A DNA stretch of 64,000 nucleotides, taken from contig JAJYIV010000001.1 of assembly GCA_021789915.1 (NCBI GenBank), positions 375 through 64,374 on the forward strand, given 5' to 3'. Below the pieces are notes generated by a model, which had not been told where the DNA came from, searched no databases, and saw only the letters and a list, made by a program, of their open reading frames with translations. The position numbers were made by a program, and so were the translations under genes. Numbering within the stretch: the first letter of the stretch is position 1; every line of letters starts with the position of its first letter. Shown in pieces: positions 35,496-44,348 of this stretch. The stretch is from a bacterium (GTDB lineage: Bacteria; Patescibacteriota; Patescibacteriia; UBA9934; GWF2-40-263).

Positions 35496-36551
35496 TTAAA
35501 ACTGTTCGACGAACCGCAAATCATCCCGATACAAGATGCGGATGTCGTCGATCGCCATGCCCTGCCGCATGGTCAACGTACGCTCCACGCCCCAGCCGAA
35601 GGCGAAGCCGGTGTAGACGTCCGGATCCACGCCGCCGGACTTCAGCACGTTCGGATGCACCATGCCGGCGCCGCCGAGCTCCAGCCAGCCGGACTTGCAC
35701 ACGCGGCAGGAACCCCCCCGCCCGCCGCACAGGTCGCAGGAAATGTCGATCTCGAACGACGGTTCGGTAAAACGGAAATGATGAGGCCGCAGGCGCGCGG
35801 CACGCGCGGGGCCGAAATACGCGCGCACGAAATGCTCGAGCACGCCCTTCAGGTCGCCGATCGTCAGGTTCTTGTCCACCATCAATCCTTCAAACTGATG
35901 GAACATCGGCGTGTGCGTCACATCCGACTGGCGGCGGTACACGCGGTTGATGTTGATGAGGCGCAGCGGCAAGACGCCCTTCTCCAGCGCGCGCACCTGC
36001 ACGTTGGTCGTGTGCGGCGTCAGCACGACCTTGCCCTTGGCGCCCTGCGCGGATTGCGTCCTTGTCTCCGCCACGAAGAACGTCTCCCAATCGTCCCGCG
36101 CGGGGTGGTCCTTGGGCATGTTGAGCGCCTCGAACGCGTACCAATCCCAATCGATCTCCGGCGCGCGTACGCGCGTGAACCCAACCGTGGAAAAAATATC
36201 CGTGATCTCGGCGATCGCGGCCGATACGGGATGCAGATGCCCGGCCGCGGGCCACTGCCCGGGCTCCGTGACGTCGATCCACTCGCGCTCCTCGCGCGCG
36301 GCCGATTCGCGCTCGTCCAATGCGGCGCGCGCGGCGGCGAATGCCCGTTCCATCTCCGCCTTTGCCTCATTGGCGGCGCGCCCCGCGGCGGCCCGCTCGG
36401 CCTCCGGCTGCGCGGCGACTTCCGCCATCAGGGCGCCGAGCCTGCCCTTGCGTCCCAAAAACGCGATGCGCACGGCCTCCAGAGCCGGGGCATCCTGCGC
36501 GCCGGCGAGCGCGGCGCGGAACTCCTTCTTCGCATCCTCGAACGAGGGCAT
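35496..36551 (-). CDS. pheS: phenylalanine--tRNA ligase alpha subunit
   Basis: Start at MPSFEDAKKEFRAAL. Class II motifs (FRFTEPSFEID, GWGVER..M). The 717-aa ORF extends antisense into rseP and is not used. Confidence 0.9.
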   Translation of the reverse strand: MPSFEDAKKEFRAALAGAQDAPALEAVRIAFLGRKGRLGALMAEVAAQPEAERAAAGRAANEAKAEMERAFAAARAALDERESAAREEREWIDVTEPGQWPAAGHLHPVSAAIAEITDIFSTVGFTRVRAPEIDWDWYAFEALNMPKDHPARDDWETFFVAETRTQSAQGAKGKVVLTPHTTNVQVRALEKGVLPLRLININRVYRRQSDVTHTPMFHQFEGLMVDKNLTIGDLKGVLEHFVRAYFGPARAARLRPHHFRFTEPSFEIDISCDLCGGRGGSCRVCKSGWLELGGAGMVHPNVLKSGGVDPDVYTGFAFGWGVERTLTMRQGMAIDDIRILYRDDLRFVEQF

Positions 36552-36562
36552 AGCATGGGGGA

Positions 36563-37654
36563 TCAGGTCTTGACGCCAAGATGCAGGAAATCGTGGACCG
36601 TGACAAGCAGGATCAGCGCGAGCAGGACGAGAAAACCGATGTTGTGGACGAGGGCTTCCACGCGCTCGTCCGCGGGCTTGCCGCGCAGTTTTTCCATCGC
36701 CAAAAAGAGGATGCGGCCGCCGTCCAGCGCCGGGAACGGCAGCGCATTGATGACGGCGAGATTGGCCGAAAGCACGGCCACGAACGGCAGCACGTAGAGG
36801 ACGCCGAGCTTGGCCACGTCGCCCGTCATGACGGCGATGCCGACCGGACCGGATAGCTCCGCGCTCACCTGGTGCTGGACGATGAGCTGGCGGATCAAGC
36901 CGATCAGGCCGAGCACGACGTCGCGCACCATGCCCGCCGCCCCGGCGAATCCCTGCGCGACGGCGGGACCGAACGGCAGCGAGACGATGCCCGTGGCCAA
37001 CAGGCCGACGCCGACGGCACGGGCGCGGCCGGCGGCCGGGAGCGGCGCGGGGACGAGCGTGAGCGTGCGGACGGACCCGGACGCGGCGCGTACGACCGCC
37101 GTTACGCCGTCGGGGTGCGCCTGAATGTACGCGCGCGCGGCTTCCTCGCCGGCGATCGCCTGGCCGCCCAGCGAGACGAGCGCGTCGCCCGGCCGAATGC
37201 CGGCCTTGTCCGCCGGGCTGCCGGCGACGACCGTCTCGATTTGCAGCTGCGCGTCGCGCACGGAAGCGCCGGCCGGAAGCGCGCCGCCGGAGAGCGCCGA
37301 CGGCGCTCCGATCATGAGGCTGGCCGACAGGACGACGGCCGCGGCCAGGAAATTCATCGCCACGCCCGCGACGAGCACGAGGAAGCGGCGCCAGACCGGC
37401 TTGGAGGCGAAGCTGTCCGGCGCGCGCCGCTCCTCGCCGTTCTCGCCCTTGAGCCGCACGAAGCCGCCGAGCGGGATCCAGTTGACGCTGTACGTCGTGC
37501 CGCCGCGTTTGACGCTCCAGGCGCGCGGCGGAAAGCCGAAGCCGAACTCCTCCACCGCCATGCCCATCTTTTTGGCGACGAAAAAATGCCCGGCCTCGTG
37601 GACGAACACGAGGAAGGACAGGATGGCGAGAAAGAGGATGATGGTCCACATCAT
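36563..37654 (-). CDS. RseP-like site-2 protease (M50 family with PDZ domain)
   Basis: HEAGH zinc motif in TM1, PDZ region, LDGG motif. Confidence 0.85.
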   Translation of the reverse strand: MMWTIILFLAILSFLVFVHEAGHFFVAKKMGMAVEEFGFGFPPRAWSVKRGGTTYSVNWIPLGGFVRLKGENGEERRAPDSFASKPVWRRFLVLVAGVAMNFLAAAVVLSASLMIGAPSALSGGALPAGASVRDAQLQIETVVAGSPADKAGIRPGDALVSLGGQAIAGEEAARAYIQAHPDGVTAVVRAASGSVRTLTLVPAPLPAAGRARAVGVGLLATGIVSLPFGPAVAQGFAGAAGMVRDVVLGLIGLIRQLIVQHQVSAELSGPVGIAVMTGDVAKLGVLYVLPFVAVLSANLAVINALPFPALDGGRILFLAMEKLRGKPADERVEALVHNIGFLVLLALILLVTVHDFLHLGVKT

Positions 37655-37729
37655 GCGCCTGCTATCGTAGCGTCTGAACGGCCGCGAATCAAGGAAGTAT
37701 ACAAAGAAAAACGCCTCCGCCCGATCGGG

Positions 37730-38491
37730 CTAGAGGCGGCGGGAGACGGCCTCGAAGGTGTGGGCCAGGATGACGCGCTGGTCGGCATCCGGGTAGTCGG
37801 TGACGGTGCGGTAGCCCCAGCCGTCGCGGAACCACCGATAGGACGTGGACGGCGGATTGCGCTTGGTGCGCATCACATAGACGGCGAGGTCGCGCGCCGC
37901 AAAGCCCGCATGGCGGGCGGCAAAGAGCCGCTTGCCGAGCCCCTGTCTCTGGAATTCGGGACGCAGGAAGATCTCGTCCTGGTAGGCGAAGCGCTCGACG
38001 CCCGGGTACATGGCCCGGAGCGTCGCGGCAACGTCCGGCGCGCACACGTGGGCCGCGAGCCCGTGGTTGAGGTGCTCGTCCAGGCCCTCGGGCGTGGCCG
38101 AGAATCCCCAGCAACCGCCGATGACCGCCTCGCCCTGGCGCAGCACGGCGCACACGGCGTCGGGACGGGCCAGCTCTTGGCGCATGTCGGCCAGGATCTG
38201 AGAGATCGGCCAGAAGTCGGCGACCTCGCCGCCGCAGTCGGAACAGCGGCCATCCGGCGGCGCGTCGAGGAAATTCCACTTCTTCGGCGCGCCGGGTCGC
38301 GAGCAAGCGTGGCAGATCTTGCCCTCGCTCCAGGCTCGGTCGGTGCCGAAGACAAGCTGGTAGCACTTGGCGATGGGCCGTGCCTCGCGGTCGAACATGG
38401 GGTCGTCCGGGGAAACCTCGAAGAGGCTGGCGTCAATCGGCAGGGCCGATGACGCCGCGGGATGGTGATCCGTGCCTGCATGCGCATCCAT
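37730..38491 (-). CDS. GNAT-like N-acetyltransferase with Cys-rich (zinc-ribbon-like) insertion
   Basis: Start at MDAHAGTD after AGGAG. CHAC..x19..CSDC cluster. Acetyl-CoA-binding-like QRQGLGKRLF. Confidence 0.5.
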   Translation of the reverse strand: MDAHAGTDHHPAASSALPIDASLFEVSPDDPMFDREARPIAKCYQLVFGTDRAWSEGKICHACSRPGAPKKWNFLDAPPDGRCSDCGGEVADFWPISQILADMRQELARPDAVCAVLRQGEAVIGGCWGFSATPEGLDEHLNHGLAAHVCAPDVAATLRAMYPGVERFAYQDEIFLRPEFQRQGLGKRLFAARHAGFAARDLAVYVMRTKRNPPSTSYRWFRDGWGYRTVTDYPDADQRVILAHTFEAVSRRL

Positions 38492-38593
38492 GGAAGGATC
38501 TCCTGAAAACGGGCTCCAAAACGGTAACAACGGAACGGGGCGGCTGTCAAACTGACGAGACCGAACGAAAAGCGCGGCCAGGACGGCGGCGTC

Positions 38594-39361
38594 TTACGGC
38601 TCGCGGTGCCTGGCGACGTCGGCGGCGTCCATCAGGCGCATCTTGTAGCCAGTGAGTCCGGCGAATTTCCCGAACAGCAGGGCGACGAAGCGCTCGCCCT
38701 GGCGGCTGCGGGCCGGTCGGAAGTCCCGCAGCTTGGAAGGATCCGTAACTTCCTGCGGATCGATGGTCGCGTACACGTGGAAGAACCTCTTGCCTTTCGG
38801 CAGCGCCGTCTTGCGGCGCAATGCTTTCTCCTGGGCGGGGATCAGATCCAGATTTTTCAAGAAGACCTTCAACACGCGCTGAAGCTTCCGCTGCGTCTTT
38901 CCGAACGACGTCTTTGTCCCGGATTCAACTTCGAGCCCGCGCGGAACGAATTGAGTGAGTGGACCCGTGGGCTTCCCGGAAGGCCAGTACAGGATATCCG
39001 CAACTGGAAACGCGGACGCGAGGGCCAAGGTGCGCGGCGTGAGTTTCATCAGGATCAAAATCATGCGGTCATTCGCCCGTGTCTCGTGCAAATCGACGAC
39101 ATAACGATACGGCTTGAATTGGCGCATGAGCTCGAACGCCCGGCGCTCTTCGTACGCCTTTCCTTTTGCCCTGCCGGGGGCGGACCGGTTCAAGTCCGCT
39201 TCGAGGTAGCGCTTGCCGCCGGCCAGCGCCTTCGGATTGCCGATGACGTAATCAAAGAGCGCGGCCGCAGGGGTCAAGGACAGGCGTTCCATCGTTTCTT
39301 TGCCGATCGGTTCGTCCCCATGCGTGCAGGCGACGAAGCAGACCGATGTACGTCTCGGCAT
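38594..39361 (-). CDS. succinylglutamate desuccinylase/aspartoacylase (AstE/AspA) family zinc hydrolase
   Basis: HGDEP ... E.DLNR ... DLHE motifs. Confidence 0.6.
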   Translation of the reverse strand: MPRRTSVCFVACTHGDEPIGKETMERLSLTPAAALFDYVIGNPKALAGGKRYLEADLNRSAPGRAKGKAYEERRAFELMRQFKPYRYVVDLHETRANDRMILILMKLTPRTLALASAFPVADILYWPSGKPTGPLTQFVPRGLEVESGTKTSFGKTQRKLQRVLKVFLKNLDLIPAQEKALRRKTALPKGKRFFHVYATIDPQEVTDPSKLRDFRPARSRQGERFVALLFGKFAGLTGYKMRLMDAADVARHREP

Positions 39362-39442
39362 ATAGATAAATGCAACGATGTCCGCATGATAAATCAAGTG
39401 ACGGAAAAAGCCGATACTCCAACATATTACAAAAAGAAAACC

Positions 39443-39462
39443 GGGTATTCACCCGGTTAGTT
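39443..39462 (-). terminator. rho-independent terminator
   Basis: AACCGGGTGAATACCCGGTT + T-run on the minus strand, in an AT-rich gap. Confidence 0.6.
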
Positions 39463-39998
39463 CATGGGTTGAGCGCCAGGTACCAGTACTCATGATACGT
39501 ACCGGGAGTGGATGAAGTAACCCGAATTCCGGTGCGGAGAAAGCCTGCCCGCTCGTTGACCGCAATGATGCGTTTGTTGTCTGCCCGCATACGTGTCAAG
39601 CAGATTGCGTTAGAAAGGTGGCAACGCACATGGACGATTCCTTCCGACTTCAAGCGACCTGCGATTCCGCGACCTTGGGCCTGAGGATCCACGATGGTAT
39701 CGCGAATCCATACGATTGGGCGCGCATCGAACCGATCTTGGACAAACTGGGCAAGTTTGTCCCCACGTTCGGCTGCAAGTTCACCGAGAGACGGCGTATC
39801 CCACCAACTCGCTCCAAGCAATTGCCCGCCGTCTTCGGCGACGATACAGCAGAAGCCTGGTTTTGTGCTTGCAACCACCCACCGGCGCAGAAGTTCTACC
39901 TCACCCAAGGCTTCATACCAAGGAGGACCCGCAAACGCCCTCCCCATGATGCCTTGAATGACCGAACCTTCGTTGGGATTGAATGAGCGAATGTTCAT
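39462..39998 (-). CDS. GNAT family N-acetyltransferase
   Basis: 178 aa. QGRGIAGRL motif. Confidence 0.65.
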   Translation of the reverse strand: MNIRSFNPNEGSVIQGIMGRAFAGPPWYEALGEVELLRRWVVASTKPGFCCIVAEDGGQLLGASWWDTPSLGELAAERGDKLAQFVQDRFDARPIVWIRDTIVDPQAQGRGIAGRLKSEGIVHVRCHLSNAICLTRMRADNKRIIAVNERAGFLRTGIRVTSSTPGTYHEYWYLALNP

Positions 39999-40460
39999 CA
40001 GACGTGTCCTCTCTTTGGACGCATATGCGTCGCTGGAACTTCAGGCCGCCACCTCACGCATGGCCATCTCGACTGCCTCCTCCGGGGTCGCGTACGGATG
40101 ATGTTGCTCGGATCGCCCATGATCGCCTCGACCGAACCGTCGCTCGTGAGACGACGCAGGATGCGATCGCGCAACTCGAGAAATTCCTCGTCCGGCGACG
40201 TTCCGGTCGCGAACGTTTGCACGTGGCCGTTGCCGAAGAGCCGCACAACCGCGCCGCGTTCCGCCACGATCGGCCCATTCATGCCGAAAGGTCGTAATGG
40301 CGCAACAGAACGGGCACGGGGCTGTCGGAATTGAGCCCGACGACGTGTCCGCGTTCTCTGGCCCGCCGAACCGCTGCGGCCATCCCGTCGTCCGTGTACT
40401 GGTACTGAACGTTAATGAGGGTTTTGTCGAGATCAAAAAGGACAAGCATCCGTGTTTCCT
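39998..40460 (-). pseudogene. degenerate HAD-like hydrolase remnant (in-frame TGA plus frameshift)
   Basis: Segment MLVLFDLDKTLINVQ..GLNSDSPV (HAD motifs I/II) ends at a TGA that is in frame with MNGPIVAERG.... A further frame shift leads to ..YATPEEAVEMAMREVAA. Confidence 0.35.
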
Positions 40461-40473
40461 CCTGCAGAGAAGC

Positions 40474-41139
40474 CTACGGAACATCATGGGATGCGTCAAA
40501 CGGCAAGAGAAGGATTTCGCGAACATTCGAGACGCGGAAATCCGCGGATGTTTTCTCTTCTCCCACGCGAATCGTTCTTAATCCAGCCGCCCGCGCGAGG
40601 ATGATATCGCTTTCCTCCTGGTCGCCGACGGAATAGACGTCACCGGGCGGACCCCCAAGCGCATCGACGACCTCGCGAAAAGCGCCAATGGACGGCTTGC
40701 GCACGTCCGGCTCGCCCGTGAAGAGCGCGTCGCGCACTAACTCGTACACGTTCAAGAAGCGCAAGGCGGCCTCGGCCCAGACGCGAGGTGCCTCGGTAAG
40801 CACGGCGGCACGTCCTCTGAGGGCGGACAAAACCATACGCGCGTCGTCGTTCGGCTCAATGTACGTTGCCGGCGGCACGTTCCAGGTTGCCGCGAAATAC
40901 CGTCCCCGGTCGACATTGAATTCTTTCTCCACTCCCAGACTCACGTGGCCGCGATAATCGCGCTTCAACCGATCATACGTTTCCTGAACTCGATCCGCAG
41001 GCACCCCCAGCTCGTCTTTCAAAAACGCCAAAATATTCCGTCTGATGTCGGCATAAAATGCCGAGATGGCGAAGGTCGGCCCGCCCTTATAGCGGTACAG
41101 CGTCCCATCCAGGTCGAAAATAAATTTTCGTTCGGACAT
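40474..41139 (-). CDS. HAD-superfamily hydrolase
   Basis: FDLDGTLY motif I. SVGDQEESDI (motif IV-like). Confidence 0.7.
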   Translation of the reverse strand: MSERKFIFDLDGTLYRYKGGPTFAISAFYADIRRNILAFLKDELGVPADRVQETYDRLKRDYRGHVSLGVEKEFNVDRGRYFAATWNVPPATYIEPNDDARMVLSALRGRAAVLTEAPRVWAEAALRFLNVYELVRDALFTGEPDVRKPSIGAFREVVDALGGPPGDVYSVGDQEESDIILARAAGLRTIRVGEEKTSADFRVSNVREILLLPFDASHDVP

Positions 41140-41160
41140 ACGAATGAAAAACGGATCGTG

Positions 41161-42081
41161 CTAGACGATCCGGCAGAGGGATGCTTCGAACCGCTCGCGC
41201 ATGAGATCGTGCAGCCATGCGCGTTCGATTGCCAAGCAGTAATCACAACGACAGGCAGCGTAGACGGAGTAGGCATGCGCGCGACACAGGTCGAACATGA
41301 ACTCGTTGAATGCGCCTTTCTCAACCAAGCCCGCGATGATGTCTTGGAATCTTTCCGCAAGAGCGAACGGGGGAAGACCCTTCCGCTTGCCCTCCAGTTC
41401 CTTCCGCTCGAGACTGACCAGGAAGGCAGCGGCATCGATGGCGGCGGAACCGAAGGCCGGCGGGCCGGCGGAAGCCCCGGGCATACGCGTACGAGGATCG
41501 ATGAGGCGCACGTCCCCGTTTGACCCGCACATCACGTTGGGAGCAGACAGGTCGCGATGGCACACCCCAGGGACGAATGCCGCTCGCCGATGACATATGT
41601 CCGCGTCTGGGATGAACGAGGATCCGGCCCTCATCGCATTGTGCGAAATGGCCTCGATGATCTCCTCGAGCGTCGCGTCTACGGACGACGAAAGCATGTC
41701 CGACGGAACACGCAGGGCTCCGAACCGCGCAAGGATCTCTCCCACACGTTCGACGACGGCCGATGGTTCGATGGCACAATAACGCGTGGGGTTCGCGAGT
41801 ACGGCCTCGAACGTGGAGTCGCCAAGGTACTCGAGCTCGGTCACGAAGGAACCGTCGACCTCACCCAAGTCGCGGAATCGCGGAAGACACAGGGCATGGG
41901 CAGGACCCAGCTGCTTCTCAAGCCAGCAGAGCAGCTCCGACTCGGAACGGTCTGGAGCGAACTTGAGAATGCCAGTGATTCTGAGCGTTGCGGAGGCACC
42001 GGTTTCACTCAACCGTTCCGTGCGCGCGAGCGCGAGGCCCGCCGTCTTGCGAATCGCATCAGGGGCAATTTCGTGAGGCAT
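41161..42081 (-). CDS. APH/ChoK-like small-molecule kinase (phosphotransferase enzyme family)
   Basis: Catalytic loop VCHRDLSAPNVM and Mg-binding IDP. Confidence 0.6.
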   Translation of the reverse strand: MPHEIAPDAIRKTAGLALARTERLSETGASATLRITGILKFAPDRSESELLCWLEKQLGPAHALCLPRFRDLGEVDGSFVTELEYLGDSTFEAVLANPTRYCAIEPSAVVERVGEILARFGALRVPSDMLSSSVDATLEEIIEAISHNAMRAGSSFIPDADICHRRAAFVPGVCHRDLSAPNVMCGSNGDVRLIDPRTRMPGASAGPPAFGSAAIDAAAFLVSLERKELEGKRKGLPPFALAERFQDIIAGLVEKGAFNEFMFDLCRAHAYSVYAACRCDYCLAIERAWLHDLMRERFEASLCRIV

Positions 42082-42148
42082 GCCAGGATTCTCCTCTCAA
42101 AAAGAGCCGGCTCCAACCTAACGGGATGCCGGCTCTTTGTCAACCAAC

Positions 42149-42685
42149 TTATGGTTGGCTTGCCTCGCGGATCACCATCTCAACGGCCTCCTCCGGGGTC
42201 GCGGCCGCAAGCACGGGGCGGCGCTTGCGGGCGTCGATGAATTCGCCGGCCAACTTTTCGGACCAACCGCCGACCCCCGTGAGGGCGACCATGGGGATGT
42301 TCGACTGATAGGCGATGGCGAGCTCCGTGAGCGTGCCGGAGCCGCCGGAAATCGCGATGATCGCGTCGCACGAGTTCACGAGCACGAATTCACGCCCGCC
42401 GCCGCGTTCAAGACCCGTCACGACAACGACATCGGTATTCCCTTCCTTGTCCCAAATGTCCTTGCCCTTGCCGTAGGTGACGCCGATCGTGAGGCCGCCT
42501 TTGCGTTTCGCCCCGCGCGCGGCGGCCGTCGACAGCGAATCATAATCCTTCTCGGCACCGTAGACGGTAACGGCACCCCGTTCGGCGAGCAGTTCGCCCA
42601 CGCGTTCGGCGAGTGACGCCACGCCGTCAGAATAGTTCAGGTCGGCGGCGGAACCCATGACTCCGATTTGAAGCTTGCGTTTCAT
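42149..42685 (-). CDS. LOG/TIGR00725-family (SLOG) Rossmann protein
   Basis: 178 aa. GVMGSA...GGGSGTLTELA pattern. Confidence 0.7.
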   Translation of the reverse strand: MKRKLQIGVMGSAADLNYSDGVASLAERVGELLAERGAVTVYGAEKDYDSLSTAAARGAKRKGGLTIGVTYGKGKDIWDKEGNTDVVVVTGLERGGGREFVLVNSCDAIIAISGGSGTLTELAIAYQSNIPMVALTGVGGWSEKLAGEFIDARKRRPVLAAATPEEAVEMVIREASQP

Positions 42686-42690
42686 AGTGG

Positions 42691-44223
42691 TTATTTGAGA
42701 GGCCCCGCGGCATGCTCGACGGCCTCGAGCAAGGTATCAGGCACAAGTCGCATCAGCGCCTCGATGTCATAGTACAGGATTCGGTCTTTCTCGAGGAACG
42801 GGACATGCTGTCGAATGAGCCGATAGGCGGCGTCCGTGCCGCGACCGAGCGCGAGCGGTTTGCGGAAATCGGCGCCTTGGGCGGCGCAAAGCAGTTCGAT
42901 GGCCGCCACTTTTTTGGCATTGGATACGATCTCGGCGGCCTGGCGCGCGGCGATCGTCCCCATGCTCACGTGATCCTCCTGGTTCGCCGAGGTCGGGATC
43001 GAATCCACGGAGGCCGGATGCGCCAGCACCTTGTTTTCGGACACGAGGGCGGCGGCGACATATTGCGGGATCATGAAGCCGGAGGACAGCCCCGCCTGTT
43101 CCGACGGGACGAGAAACGCGGGCAAGCCCTCCGAGAGATGCGCATCGACCAGGCGCGCGACGCGGCGTTCCGAAATGTTCGCCAGTTCGCTCACGGCGAT
43201 TTTCAAGAAATCCATCGCCTGGGCGATCGGCTCGCCGTGGAATTGTCCGGCGCTGATGGCAATGTCGTCATCCGGAAACAGCAACGGGTTGTCTGTGACG
43301 GCGTTCAACTCGCGCTCAAGAACCGTCCGTACGTACGCGATGCCGTCGCGCGAGGCCCCGTGGACCTGCGGCGCGCAGCGCAGCGAATAGGCATCCTGCA
43401 CGCGGCCACAGCCGCGATGCGACTCGATGATCGCCGAGTCCGCGCATAACCGGCGCACGTTCTCCGCGACCTGCGCCTGACCTGGGTGCGGACGCAGGGC
43501 GTGCACGCGCGGATCGCAGGGAGCGACGGACCCCATCATGACCTCCAGCGACATGGCATACGCGACGTCAAAGACATTCGCCAACTGCGCCGCGTCGTGC
43601 GCGGCCAAGGCGCCGATCGCCGTTTGGACGGCCGTCCCGTTGTTCAACGCCAATCCTTCCTTCGATTGCAACACGACCGTGCCGAGGCCCTTCTCGCGCA
43701 AGACCTGCGCGGCGGGACGGCGGCGGCCCTCTACGATCACTTCGCCCTCGCCCATCAGCACCAGCATGATGTGCGACAAAGGGGCCAAGTCACCGGAAGA
43801 TCCGACGGAACCCTGCGAAGGAACGAATGGATAGATGTCGTAATTGAGCAAATCCACCAACCGGTCGGCGACGGCCGGACGCACGCCGGAATGTCCGCGC
43901 AGCAGGCCGTTGACGCGCAAGACGATGGCCGCGCGCACCGCCGCTTCCGGCAATGGCGCTCCCACGCCGGTCGCATGGGAACGGATGAGATTGGCTTGCA
44001 GCGTCTCCGTCTGATCCGGCGAAATGACGACGTTCTTGAACTGGCCGCACCCGGTCGTCACGCCGTAGACCACCTGTTTCTCGGCCACGAGACGATCCAC
44101 GAACGCGCGTGCTTTTTCCAAAGCGCCGCGGGCCGACGGATCAATGGAAACCCGTTCACGGCCGCGCGCCACGCGAACGACCTCCTCGATCGTCAGGCCA
44201 TTTCCCTTCAACATGATGGACAT
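42691..44223 (-). CDS. aromatic amino acid/histidine ammonia-lyase (MIO-dependent HAL/PAL family)
   Basis: 511 aa. MIO region GSVGSSGDLAPLSH (Ser-Ser-Gly where Ala-Ser-Gly is canonical). Lyase_aromatic fold throughout. Confidence 0.85.
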   Translation of the reverse strand: MSIMLKGNGLTIEEVVRVARGRERVSIDPSARGALEKARAFVDRLVAEKQVVYGVTTGCGQFKNVVISPDQTETLQANLIRSHATGVGAPLPEAAVRAAIVLRVNGLLRGHSGVRPAVADRLVDLLNYDIYPFVPSQGSVGSSGDLAPLSHIMLVLMGEGEVIVEGRRRPAAQVLREKGLGTVVLQSKEGLALNNGTAVQTAIGALAAHDAAQLANVFDVAYAMSLEVMMGSVAPCDPRVHALRPHPGQAQVAENVRRLCADSAIIESHRGCGRVQDAYSLRCAPQVHGASRDGIAYVRTVLERELNAVTDNPLLFPDDDIAISAGQFHGEPIAQAMDFLKIAVSELANISERRVARLVDAHLSEGLPAFLVPSEQAGLSSGFMIPQYVAAALVSENKVLAHPASVDSIPTSANQEDHVSMGTIAARQAAEIVSNAKKVAAIELLCAAQGADFRKPLALGRGTDAAYRLIRQHVPFLEKDRILYYDIEALMRLVPDTLLEAVEHAAGPLK

Positions 44224-44348
44224 ACGAAGGAATTCATGAGAATCTCGCTTCAACCTTCCACCCAACTATGGATGTCGTCAACCCAATCTCCCTTGACAAC
44301 GAGTTCCCTCTTCCGGAAGATGATCGCGGCCCTTTCCAGGAGGAAACC

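Noticed and set aside
35496-37649. 717-aa ORF as a long PheS
   Set aside because: Only the C-terminal about 351 aa (from MPSFEDAKKE, ATG 36551) is PheS. The upstream part is an Arg/Gly-rich read-through antisense to the RseP-like gene (36563-37654).
40285-40287. In-frame TGA-ATG as evidence of UGA stop-codon reassignment (as in SR1/Gracilibacteria)
   Set aside because: TGA is used as a genuine stop in multiple genes here, including ATGA overlaps (pheT/4HB, the paralog pair). GC content and gene content do not match UGA-recoding lineages.
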